Origin: Elsinoe ampelina
Lineage: Eukaryota
Length of the DNA: 64,000 nt
Assembly: GCA_010093995.1 (NCBI GenBank)
Contig: ML992508.1
Span: 840,506-904,505 of the forward strand
Reading direction: 5' to 3'
A model generated the notes under the pieces. The model was not told the origin of the DNA, made no database searches, and worked only from the letters and a program-made list of their open reading frames with translations. Positions 12,450 to 24,335 of the stretch are shown piece after piece (position 1 is the stretch's first letter; each line of letters starts with the position of its first letter). The translations under genes were made by a program, and so were the position numbers.

Positions 12450-15400
12450 TAAGTAACCTTCCTTAGGCATTCTTGTTTTTGTTTAGTATTAGAAGTACTA
12501 GGTCCGTCTAGTTAGTTTACTTAGAATAGGTTCTTATTCTAGTAATCTAGGATTATTTACGAGGTAAAGTGCTTCTCTAGTTCCTATATTACTTCGCTAT
12601 ACTAATGTCCCTTCTAGTAAATAAGGTAGTAGCGTTTTCCTTTAATAAGTTTATAATATAAAACTCTTTTAATCTTATACTATAGCTCCTATATTTCTTT
12701 ATCTAGTTTAATAGGTCTAGGTATAGCATTCTATAGTGCTTTCTCTAGTAGTAATATATAAAAGACTAGATAGATCCTTATATGTCTTAGTAGTTCTAGT
12801 TTGTATATGTTCTTGTTTTTCTTTTCTAGGATCTTAAAGGGTCCTAGTTTAGTGTAGTTAAGTTTCTTACTTAGTCGTTTCGTTTTAATGTTTTTACTAA
12901 GGAGGTAAACTTTCTCTCTCTCCTATAGAATTAGTCTTATAATTCTCTTCTAGTTAGTAAACTTTACTATTCTTTATAATATAAATACTATATTATAGTA
13001 TAGCTAGTTATATAGTTTCTTAATATTAACTACTAGTATATTAGTATCCTTAGATATTAGCTTAATTCCGAGTATGTTATAGTATAGATCTAGGTGTATT
13101 CTATAGTTTACATAGAATAGTAAAATTCTATTTACTAACTTTCTATTGTTAATAGCGAGCTCTACGAGTAGTAATAGTGTTACCTATAAGTCTTACTTAT
13201 AGTTTAGATAGTATTGTAGGTACTACTCTAGTACTTAATTTGCCCGTTTAGTTTGTCTATCCGTTTATAGATAAAAGAAGGTTAATAGCTTATATTTAAC
13301 TCCTAGTAAGTCCACAAATAATTACTAGAATTGTAATGTAAATAGCTTATTCCTATTAGTTGTTAGGTCTCGTAGTACTCTATGTTATAAAACAATTATT
13401 TAGAGAAAGGTAAAGGCTATATTCTCGGTAGTTACTATTGTCTTATATAGTATAAAGTAGTAATACTTCGTAAATCTATCTACTAGAACTAGAATACTAT
13501 TATACTTTACACCTATAAGAGGTTCTTCTAATAGTAGTAAAGGTCCTATAAAGTCTATTATAACTAATTACTATAGTTTATCTAGTGGTAGTAAGGGTTA
13601 TAATAGGCTATATAGCTTGTGTCGTAAGTGCTTAGACTTATAGTATGTATCGTATATAGTGATATACGTCTTAATATTGTTTCGGAGTCCTTTCTAGAGG
13701 TAGTTTTATATAATAAGTTTAATAGTCTTATCGATCCTACTATGTCCTATAGTTAGGTTATTATAGTATATTTAAATAACTTCTTTTTTCTGTTCTTACG
13801 TAAGCTCCTAGATAAGGCTATATAACTACTCTATCTTTAGGTACTTATAGACTAAAGCGCTGTCCTACTACTTTAGTATAGAGGCCTCTATTATTGTTAT
13901 ATTTTTTAAGTAATCTAGCTAGCGGCTAAGAGCGTCTACTCCGTCGTTCTCTAATTCCTTAATATAGTAGATCTAGAAGTTATAGCTTATAAGTGTTTCT
14001 AACTATCGAACCTATTATCTATTAAGAACCTTAGTTATTGTCTAATATAGAAGGTTCTTATAGTCGGTGTAGACTTATATAGGTAAGGTTATCTCTTCTA
14101 AGTATACTCTCTATTCGTAGAACACTTCTATAATTGTAAGTAATTCCTTGTTATATATATTATAGTTAAGTTTAGGTCTAGTTATTTTTTGTAAGTAGTA
14201 TATAATTAGGCAGCGTTGTCCTTCTATATCCTTCTACGCTAGATACGCTCCTATTATAAAGTCTAAAGCATGTATTTCTAGTAGTGCTTATTAGTCTAGA
14301 TCGAAGAGTACTAGAATAGGTACTATTATAAGTCTAAGCTTTAGCTCCTTAAAGGCCTACCTATATCTCTCGTTAAAGACAAAGCTAGTTTTCTTTTTTA
14401 TAAGGTTAGATATTAGCGTAGCTACCTTAGAGAATTCTTTAATAAACTTATAGTAGTAGTTAAAGAACTCTAGTAGCGCTTAAACCTCCTTAACTGTCGT
14501 AGGTTCTAGCTAGTTATTTACTAACTTAATCTTCTTCGGATTAGGTCCGATACTATTAGTAGATATAATATAGCTTAGAAATTATATCTTATACTTATAG
14601 AACTTACACTTAGAGATTTTTACTAGTAGGTCTTTTTCTTTTAGTTTCTATAGTACTTTATAAATATGTCCTATATATTTATTATATATCTTTAAGAAAA
14701 TAATAATATTGTCTAAATATACTAAGATAAAGTTATTAAGGTATTCTTATAGAGTGTTATTAATTAACTCTTAGAAGGTTATAGGAGCGTTAGTTAACCT
14801 AAAGGGCATAACGAGGTACTTATATAGACTCTATTACGTCCTAAAAGCCGTTTTCTACTCCTCGCTCTCCTTTATTTATACTTAATAATAGATATCCTTA
14901 ATGTCAATTACGGTGAACTATTTAGCTCTAAGTAGTCGGTCTTAAAGTTTGTCGATCCTTAGTAGGGGATAGCGATTCTTCCTAGTAAGTATATTAAGTT
15001 TCTAGTAATTAATATATATTTATAACGTTCTATTCTTTTTTAGTATAAAAAGTACTTCGTATATAATTAGTAATTTTAATAGTTGTATAAATCCTTTAAG
15101 TAAGTGCTTATCGATATAGTCCTTAAGGATATTCTCCTCTTGTTTTAATAGTAGTATAAGACCTTAATAGTGTATTAGGGATTTACTTTCTTTAAAAGGT
15201 ATTTTATAATTCTATAGTTTATATTAGAGTAAGGCCGCGATATCTTCTCTTTCTTTAAATAAATCCTCGAAGTCTTTATATTCTAGCGAAAGTACTTAAT
15301 TACTTACGCTAGCGATAGCCCTAACTATTAGTCGTACCTATACTGTCCTTATAGTTAGTATCTATAGAGCCGATTATACTCCCTACGTTCTATAATTATA

Positions 15401-17850
15401 CTTAGGGAATTTAAGTATTTCTTTAATCTAGTCTATGTCTAGATTGTGTTATTAAAGCTAGTCTATACTAAGTACTATATTGTACTATATATTAACTATA
15501 TCGATTAATTGTTTTTCTATATATGTTCTAATTTTAATTATAACGTTTTATAGTTCCTAAGTAACTTTCCTATTCTTCCCTATAGGGGTTCTATCTGCTA
15601 TAGTAAGTAGGTAAGGTAACTCCTTCTAGTATTAATAAGGTTTAAGCTATTTAGTAACTGTTATAGAGACGTAGCTATAGTTAGCTCCTAAATCTATTAT
15701 TACTCTTACCTTATTTCCTTATATCTAGACTTCTAGTATAAAGTAATTTAACATATAGATCTTTATTATATTAAGGCTTTAGCTAGTATTATTATCTTGC
15801 CTTATTAGGCAATAACTAGCTAGTTTTTTGTTATTATAGCTCCTTAGATAAGTAGCTAATCCCTTCCTACGCGTATCTACTATTAGTACTATATCTATTA
15901 AGTAAGTTATGTTTTGTTATTATTTAACATAGTAAGGTAAACTTCTAGTGCTTATATTCCTTAATAACTATAAAGTCTAATAATTCTCTACTAGTTATAC
16001 TAAGTAGTATTATATACTTGTATTAGTATAACTATCCCCTCTAGGTATAGCTAGGCGTTAGTATTAAAGACAAAAGTAAGTTATATAGATTTATCTTATT
16101 ATGTCCTATTCTAGTAGTAGGTGTATATTATTATATAATTCCTCTATATCCCTATAAGGTATACTTTAAGTCGTCTACCTAGTAGTAGTATATCGTTGTT
16201 ATCGAATAAGTCCTTATTCGTATTATTATACTATAGTCGTTCGGTATATTCCTCTTTATCGCTACTACCTCTAGTATAGTTATAGTTACTAAGGCTACAC
16301 TAAGTATACTCTCGTACTTAGCTATAGGGAATAGTACTACCTATCTCAATTACCGAGAAGTTTGTAGTGTATTTAAGACTAATAGTGTCTTCTCTAAGTA
16401 CATCGTATAAGTAGATAGAGTAGTACTATTCGTAATCTAGATTTATACATTTCTAGAGCGACATATAATATGCCTTTCCTTATAGTTCGCTATAAGAGCT
16501 AAAGGTAAGGCTACTATATTATTATATAGTACTTACGTCCTAATACTTTGTCTCGATAATTGTATATTAGTAATTGTTACTAACTACCTTCTATAGTTAG
16601 TTAGTTTTGCTACTAATTATAGAGAACCCTTCTAGGTTAGGTTTCTAGTCTAGCTATTTCGTTAGTTACCTACGCTTAGATAGCTTATATAGAAACTAAC
16701 TAGATCTCTACTTATCTAATAAGTAAATATAATAAGAGTTATTATAATATACTATCTATAATAGCGTCGCGTATTAGCTTTATTATTCGCTATTAGTTAT
16801 AGAGATATTAAGCGTAACATCTAGAGAGGATTCTATCGCCTCTTAAGTCGTTATAGACTTCTTCTATATTTCCTTACCTACGCTAAAGGTCGTTAGGTCT
16901 TCTATAGTAGTGTTAGCCTTTTTCTCTACTAGCCTAGTAACTATTATATATAATCTATTAGCTAGCGCCCCTTATTAGTAGTCTCTAGCTCGATGCCTAG
17001 GTCTTTTATACTTAAAATATAGATTGTCTTATCTATACTTCTCTCTCTCTTTTCTACTAAGAAACTTTCCTCTACAGCTATAGCCTCGTACCTATAAGGG
17101 GTAGCCTTTACGTATAGCGTTAAGTTCTATAGAGTCTCTATAGTTTTAAGAGGAACGCATATATCTAGTATTTACCTTATATCCTCTATAATATTCTATA
17201 CATCGTTCGTAAAGTCGGTTATTAATAGTAATTATAGTATCTACTAGTTCTTAGAGACTATTAGGCAGCTTAAGTATTATTTAGTCCTTAACTAAGTCGC
17301 TTAGTCCTTAGTAGAATCCTAAATGTTTAGTACTATTATCCTAGTCTAGGTGTATTACGAGTTATTAGAACTAGGAGTAGTACTAGGCTATAGACCTACG
17401 TTGTTATAGTTATTAGATCTTCGTCGCGGCGATGTGTTCCTTATTAGATACGTTAAAGACTTACTTAATCTTTACCTAGAAGATACTAAAGCTCTTAAAG
17501 ATAGCCTTTGTATCTAGGCCTAGTTATCTATCTAGGTAGCTACTTATATAAGGCTCGAACTACCTAAAGGTAGCGCCTTTAAGGTGTATCCTAGTATAGA
17601 GGACCTTTACTACGTCGTTAGCGTACTTATCTTCCTCTAGAGCGAAGAAGGCTTTAAGTTAGATAAGGAAGTGTCTTAAGTAGGCATAGTCCCTATAGAA
17701 GGGTTCTACTTCTAACTTAGGCTTACTCCGTCCTTCCCCTATACTAAGAGACCTTCTATATTTGCCTAAGGTTAAACTAGTAATAGATATGTTGTTAATA
17801 GTAAGCTTTCCTAGCTTACTAGTAATTAAAGATACTAATAGTAACTTAGA
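12450..17850 (-). pseudogene. gag-pol of family B (gag CCHC, protease, RT, RNase H, integrase, chromodomain-like end)
   Basis: De-RIPed: CCHC ~16975-17035; MIDSGANYSYV ~15670-15705; EWKTAFRT / YEYLVMPFGLTNAP / VYLDDI ~14700-14865; DSILVLVDRFTK ~13465-13500; YLV....WEP ~12525-12570. Ends approximate. Confidence 0.88.
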
Positions 17851-17906
17851 GCGAGAGTTACTTATTAACCTCGTAGCGTGCTATACTATAGTAAAGGTAG
17901 TTAAAA

Positions 17907-18360
17907 TGTTATAAACCGTCTAAATATAGCCTACGTTAGTAGTCTAAGCTAAGCTAAGAACGAGGTAGTTCTACTTCTATAGTAGTATAGTACTAAGGTA
18001 AGAGTTAGAGAAGGTATATCTTATAGATAATAAAGTATAATTAGATAGTATTATAAAGGCTAGCCTTAGTAATACTAGTGTTTACTATCTAGACAAGGTT
18101 AACTATAGTACTTATATAAGGTAAGGACTATTCCTATATACTTATATTCTCTATTATATACTCTATATACTCCGTAGCGAAAGCCGGAGGCAGTATAGAG
18201 TACATATCTACTAGTAACCTACGCGCTCTATAGTCTCTAGAGTAGAGCCGCTAGAGAAGATAAAGAACTAAGTAAATGTCGGGCTAGGTTACGTAATAAC
18301 CTTAGTAGTTTAATTAGTCCTAACGTCCCTACGCTCTAGCTGTCCTACTAGTTCGTAATA
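17907..18360 (-). repeat. 5' LTR, family B (454 bp; lacks one 9-bp internal repeat unit)
   Basis: Starts tgttataaac, ends gttcgtaata, followed by TSD GAGGC. Confidence 0.92.
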
Positions 18361-20986
18361 GAGGCCTTCTTATTTAGTATAAGTAAGTAGAATTAGCATA
18401 TTAAATCTTAGTAGGCCTAACTTATAAAGAGTACTATAAACCGCTAGTAAAGATAGTTTACTAAGCTAAAGAAGTTAAAGCGCTAGAAGTGTAATTTTAT
18501 TACTTACTAAGTCGCTCTCGTAGCTGTCTATATACCTATCCTTTATAAGGAGGTATAGTAATTTATATAGTAGTAGAACTATTACTAAATCTAGAAGTAG
18601 CCGAGATAACTATATATAATTATAAGAGTGCTAAGGCTACTATATTACTATCTAGGGGTAGTTAGTATATAGGACTATACTATTACTATACTACCTAACT
18701 AGTTCGATAATTTAGACTAGTATACTAGCGGATTTAGTAAGGTATAACTTCTAGTAGTTACTAGTAGCTAATTAAGTAATAGATTATAAGGAATATCTAC
18801 TCTCTAATATACTTAATCTCTATATATTAATTCTCTCCGACGCTAGCCTCTAGCCTTATAATAGCTAAGCAACTAATGCTAGAGATATTAGACTCTACTA
18901 AAGAGCTTATTTCGTGCTCCGTAATATACTAATTAAGTACGATTAATAGTAGCGCTATCCCCTACTATTAGAGTGCTAAAAACTAGATAATTCTTAAGGT
19001 TATTAATTATATATAGAAGTTACTAAGTAAATTATAAACGCTAAGTAAATACACTATAAATATCTAACTTATATATATTAAATCTCTCCCTTTAATATAC
19101 TAGGGCTTTTCTACTCTATTTTCTCTATAGTTTTTGCTTATTACTACTATATTATTTATTTGTCTCTACTAGTAAGATGCCGCTACCTTCTTAGGCACCT
19201 TTTTATAAATATAAAGGTTCTAATTACGTAGTTAAATATAGATATCTCGCTAAGTGTCCTATTTACTATAAGACTAATCTAAACTATTAATAAGTAAGTA
19301 TAGCATTAACGCTAGAAGAGCCTAAGTACTAACCTATATAGGCTAGTCTATCTCGTAATCTAGCTTATAATCTAGCTTATGCCTTATCTTAGGCTAAAAT
19401 AGGCTAACTAGCAACTATAGTAGCAAATATAAAGCGATCTACAGCGCTAGTATTAACTATATATAGTAGTCTCTCGACTAAAGCCGATATAGTAAGGCGT
19501 GCTAGTTACTAGAAGAGTAGAAAGGCTAAAGGCCTAGTAGTACAACTACTATATATAGGATCTCTACTAGTCTCTTAGCATTTATATAAGGATTTACTAA
19601 ACGATTTACTTAATAAAGATTCTCCTAAGGGAGTAAAGCCTAAGAAAGAGTAAAGAATTAAACTTTACCTCTATAGTCTAGCGATTAAGATAGAGTATAA
19701 GCTTAAGTATAGTATACTATATAAGAAGGTTATCTTATAGCTAGAGCTAGCTAAGTAGATAGACTAGATTACGCTCTCTAAGTTTAATACTAAATTGCTA
19801 GAGAGTAACTATTAAAGAATATTCTTCTTATTAAATTTAGTATATAGCTACTACTCTAATTCTACTATCTACGATCTAGAGATAGTAATACCTTACTTTA
19901 CGAAGCGCTATTTTATATTAATAGAGAATAATAAGGCTATACCTATTACCGACAATGTCTTCTAGTAGCTAACTATTTAAAAAAATACTTACTAGCCTAC
20001 TACGTAAGCTAAAGTTAAAGCGTACTACTATTAAGTATCTCCTTTATATCGTAATTAAGCGAGCTAAAGATAATAAGTTAAGGGAATAGTAGAAGCGTAT
20101 AGAGTTTCTATAGAGAGGGCTAGGTTCTCTAAGTTACACTATAAATGCTAATATAAACACGATAATGTCTCTAGCTATAAATACTAAAGCGAATATTAAG
20201 GCTAATTCGTAGTATAAAAATCTTTTTATAGAGGATACTAACTTCTCGTTTTTAAATACTTCTAACAATGTTAATATTAAGCCGGAGCCCTTATTAGTTA
20301 ATAATAAGATTAAGGCCTTAATCGAGGAGCGTATATAGTAAGTTTTAGTAGCTAGAGTAAAGAGGAAAGAGAAGTAGCCTAGCTAGCTAGTCGACAGTAA
20401 GGAGACTATTAACCTAATAGAGTCTTTACTAGCTATATCTACTACTACTATACTAGCTCTACTACTAGAGACTCTACGCTTTAAGCTTTATACTAGGAGT
20501 CTTCTTTTAAGTATACTAACTAGTATAGTTAGCAAGATTAAGTTATTAACTATATAGGATAATCTCTTTAATCTAGATAGTACTACTAAGCCTCTACTAC
20601 TATCTAAACCCCCTTAGTAGCTATAGCGTATAGTACTAAGTAAGGAGACCCTTAGTAGACTAATAAACTTACTATATAGCTCTCTTTTTAAAGCTAAGTT
20701 ATTAGTAGAGGTAGAACAAAGAATTAAAACTAAGGTAACCTCTACCTTTAAGAAGTATTAAGAATAGTATAAGTAAGTTAATAAGCCTAAGTAATTATAT
20801 TAATCTTAAATATATAAGTAAATACGAAGCAATTACTTAGTTAAGGCTAGTAAGCGCTAAAAGACTATAATTAATTCTATAGACTATACTCTCTATAGTT
20901 ACACTAGCTATAAGGCTAAAAGGCCTCGAAAGTCTATACTAGAGGTATAGGCGTTTATTAGTAGTACACTAGTTCGCGGTGTAAAT

Positions 20987-21103
20987 TAGATAGTATAAGC
21001 TAAATAGTATAAGTTAGATAGTATAAGCTAGATAGTGTAAGTTAGATAGTATAAGCTAGATAGTATAAGTTAGATAGTATAAGCTAGATAGTATAAGTTA
21101 GAT
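20987..21103. repeat. Minisatellite: eight 14-bp units TAGATAGTATAAG(C/T) with strict C/T alternation (28-bp higher-order unit)
   Basis: Read directly from the sequence. Confidence 0.9.
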
Positions 21104-22912
21104 CGCTAGTAGTTCGCTAAGTAATTTATAGTATATATAGTTATAATTTAATATTAACTAGAGAAGAAAGTTTAAAGGGGGTAAAATTATAGTCTATAAA
21201 CTCTAGAAGAATATATAGGTATTGTATTTACTACTAGTTTATATCTCTATTTATAAGTTCTATAATTCTATCCCTTAGCTACTATAGTTTAGCCTTAGTA
21301 GTAAGCGTATTATTCTCTAGCGCCTCTACTCTCTACTTAAGCTCCTTTATATAGCCTATAGTTACTAGTATCTAATCCTCTAGCTTCTTCTTTATAAGTT
21401 AAGAGGCGCACCCCTAGCGATAGTAGCGGTAGTAGTAGGTATAGAACTCTATTAGCTTATTAAGGAAGTAAGTATATAGCTTATTTACCTTTATATACTA
21501 TTCGTAGGTATATTTACTAATACTACCTTTGTCTATCTCTATAATATAGCTAATAGTATTATATATATAAAGCGTTATAAAGTTCTTACTACGCTTATTA
21601 CTACTATTCTTATAGGTGTTAATAAGCTTAAACTAGTTAGACTTAGAGATAAACTAAAATCTAGCTAGATTTTTAGTCTTAGAGTAGTAATATATATATA
21701 TAATAGAGTAGCTATACGAATTAGTAGCAAACACTAGCCTAAGGAGCTATAAAGATATATATAGCTTTTCTATTACTAGTAGTTTCCTTAGAGGTATTAG
21801 AGCTATAGGTATTATTATTAATTATAGTGTCTAGCACTTACGGATTATACTTTCTAAAGTGTAAAGTTAGTAGCGAACTAGCTATAAACATGCTATAATA
21901 TATACTTAGTAGAGGCTACTTTAGTAGTGTTAGCTATAGTAAATGTTTAATTAAATTTAATAGAGTTATAATAATATAGTAGAGCTCTAATTAAACTATA
22001 TAGTAACTATAAGCTTATATATATTAAAGCTACTATTATTGTTGCTAGTTTAAATAATAACAATAGTAATAATAGTAATAATATAAAGACCTAAAAGCAG
22101 AAAGGAATAATAAATACTTACTAGATTAAGTCTTACTCTTAGTAGCTTAAATAGAGAATAATAGACATCTATTCTAATAGTATTTATAGTACATTTGCTG
22201 CCGTAGTTGTATATTGTAAGCAATATAAAGGTGTTAGAGGTAGGAGTATAGGCGGAGTGCTAAGCACCTCGCTACCTAGCTGCTATAATAGGTACTAATT
22301 ACACTAGTACTAAAATTAGCTTAAAAAAGATACTTTAACTTACGTAGTAAGCAAACAGACTAAGTTAATTAATTTGGTGTTAATTATATAGAGATACTAG
22401 CGATATTGATAGAGTTAGAGGGGTAAAAACTTTAGTGATTTAGGATTTTGTGTGTTTTGACGTTTTGGCGGAACACACCGTGTGCACGACTGTCTCTTTT
22501 GATTGCACGACGTCTCACGCTTCATGTCGGCTTGTTGGAGCTTGTAGCAGATCGGGTGAAAAGGCTCCTCAGGACCAGAGCTCTCATTCGTACCTTTACT
22601 ACCAGCCCTAATTTACTGGCCTTTGCTCGACAAAAGTAGGGCTGATTGGGCCGCGCCCTTCCGAGGACCATTGGGAGAGGCAGCACCCGTAGCCATCTTC
22701 ATGGACTCGGCATTCTCTGGAATGGATTTGAGCGCCATCGCAGTGCAAATGGAGCAAAGGGAGTCCCGTCTAGTTTTTGGACCACATAGGTGTCTGTTTG
22801 CGAACCTGAGGCGGGCTTATGTGGATAGTAACAAGTGACGAGCCAGCACGACAGGCCGTCCGCTTCAGAGTCAGGCCAGGGCACGGCAGTATTGTGGTGC
22901 CCGGAACACAAG

Positions 22913-22930
22913 TATATATATATATATATA
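22913..22930. repeat. (TA)9 microsatellite
   Basis: Read directly from the sequence. Confidence 0.85.
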
Positions 22931-23161
22931 CTTCTAACACTGAGCAAAGGTACGGCATCAGAATGTGTTAGTACATTGACTTGCCACGACACCATCTCGA
23001 GCACCTAGTATAGTATCCCGCCCTTACCCTTTCGTTCGTATCCTGCCCTAGCAAGATTAAGCACTATGATTAGTGCGCAGTACTCTTTAAATACGCCAGT
23101 GTATCCATACGGATATTGGAACATTCCATCCTTCTAGAACTTGACACAGCCTCTTCCCATC

Positions 23162-24049
23162 ATGGTCTTCCACAAACTTGCAGCTCTCCTCGGGCTGCTA
23201 TCAATCTACACCCTTACTGCAGCGCAACCGCTAGACGGCTCACTGGAGAAGCGACAGGTCTACCTCACTCTCCCACCCACACCATCCCTACCAGCTCCGA
23301 TCAACACTAAGCCTTTCCGCACCTCTGACGGCGTCAACCTCTGGTTCCAGAAATACAACGAGGCAGCAGGCGGCGAACCCCTGGTCCTCATCCACGGCGG
23401 CCTTGGCTACTCCGCTTACTTCGGCGACGTGATCCGTCAGCTCTCCAAGTCCCACTACGTAATCGCCGTCGACCGCCGCGGTCACGGCCGCAGCACCTAC
23501 CTTACCACCGACAAGTTCACCTTTGACCAATTCGCCTCCGAGACCGCCGCTCTTCTCGCAGCCAACGGCGTCAAGAAGGCAAAATGGGTAGGCTGGTCCG
23601 ACGGCGCCGCGACCACGCTCGCCGCCCTTCAGAACGCGGCAATTACGCCTTCCATCTCCCGAGCGTTTGTCTTTGCCGGCTTCCAGAAACCAGAGGATAC
23701 AAACTCCACTTTCACAACGCGAGCGACGTACAAGACATTCGTCACCAGATGTGCCCAGGAGTACGCCGTCCTGCAGCCCAAGGCGAGCTTCTCGGACTTT
23801 GCGACAAAGGTGGGCACGCTGGAGGCGACGCTGCCGCAGTGGAGCGACACGCAGCTGGCGAGGATCCAGGGCAGTAAGGTGACGATTGCGGGGGCCGAGT
23901 TTGATGAGGCGGTGAACCTTGCTGTGCAGCCGCATTTGAACAAGGTGATCAAGGGGAGCAAGTTGGTCATCTTGAAGGGAGTCAGTCATTTTGCGCCGGT
24001 GCAGGATCCGGTCGGGTTTGTGAACGCCGTCGTGGCCTTTGCGAAGTAA
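23162..24049 (+). CDS. Secreted alpha/beta hydrolase (Abhydrolase_1/6 type), intronless
   Basis: ATG 23162; signal-like MVFHKLAALLGLLSIYTLTAA; Kex2-like LEKR; HGG oxyanion motif, D.RGHGRS, nucleophile GWSDG, acid DEA, catalytic SHFA. Confidence 0.9.
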   Translation: MVFHKLAALLGLLSIYTLTAAQPLDGSLEKRQVYLTLPPTPSLPAPINTKPFRTSDGVNLWFQKYNEAAGGEPLVLIHGGLGYSAYFGDVIRQLSKSHYVIAVDRRGHGRSTYLTTDKFTFDQFASETAALLAANGVKKAKWVGWSDGAATTLAALQNAAITPSISRAFVFAGFQKPEDTNSTFTTRATYKTFVTRCAQEYAVLQPKASFSDFATKVGTLEATLPQWSDTQLARIQGSKVTIAGAEFDEAVNLAVQPHLNKVIKGSKLVILKGVSHFAPVQDPVGFVNAVVAFAK

Positions 24050-24335
24050 TCTGGAGGTGTGAGATGGCCTAGCTACTTAGACTTCTTGATTAGTAGAGAT
24101 GACCTCCGGCAAGACGCATATTCCGCAGAGAAGTCCCCGGAACGATGAAGAAGTAGATTATAAGAGGAAACGCTGATGACAAGATTAAAATGGAATTGCT
24201 GATTGAATACATTTGCAGGCCTGACCAGCCTGCTTGACCTCCTCGTAAGGTCGCATACATGCCTGCTCACCATGAACCCCCAACGCCGTCCTTGCATCGT
24301 AAATTCGCGACAAAACCCAGGGTTGCTGATCCGTC

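Larger units (their letters stand above)
11367..18360 (-). mobile_element. Complete RIP-inactivated Ty3/gypsy LTR retrotransposon (family B, copy B), 7.0 kb
   Basis: LTRs 11367-11829 and 17907-18360; TSD GAGGC at 11362-11366 and 18361-18365; PPT (minus aaaggagaagagtaa) at 11830-11844. Confidence 0.93.
2150..19000 (+). pseudogene. RIP-degraded IS3EU-like (integrase-core DDE) transposase gene, split into three pieces (~2150-2287, 10690-11366, 18366-~19000) by two LTR insertions
   Basis: De-RIPed reading gives VPGPNYTWSIDAHCKLEEYGIEIYAAIDEFSRYIVW (~11070-11180), RADRGGET (~11270), FGTSKQNQRIESWW (18374-18415) and WNHHQIQKQP (~18575). The frame is continuous across both insertion sites once one TSD copy is removed. 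Outer limits approximate. Confidence 0.75.
1..22440. other. AT-rich, RIP-mutated repeat compartment
   Basis: Near-absence of CpA/TpG and excess TpA, TAG and TAA; almost no long ORFs; repeat copies differ mostly by C>T/G>A transitions (LTR start tgtcacgaac / tattacgaac / tgttataaac); abrupt return to normal composition at ~22440. Confidence 0.95.

Noticed and set aside
20987..21103. Regular repeat array as CRISPR or telomere
   Set aside because: No spacers, eukaryotic context, and not TTAGGG.
1..22440. Starship/giant element or centromere interpretation of the AT block
   Set aside because: No tyrosine-recombinase (DUF3435) motif or cargo boundary seen; the block's full extent is not visible, so centromere status cannot be judged.
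22440..22520. Possible transposon terminus at the AT/GC boundary (repeated tgcacgac..gtctc)
   Set aside because: No matching inverted repeat or TSD found in the window.
22448..23004. Several short ORFs before the hydrolase
   Set aside because: No recognisable domain or splice structure; overlap a (TA)n tract; likely promoter DNA.
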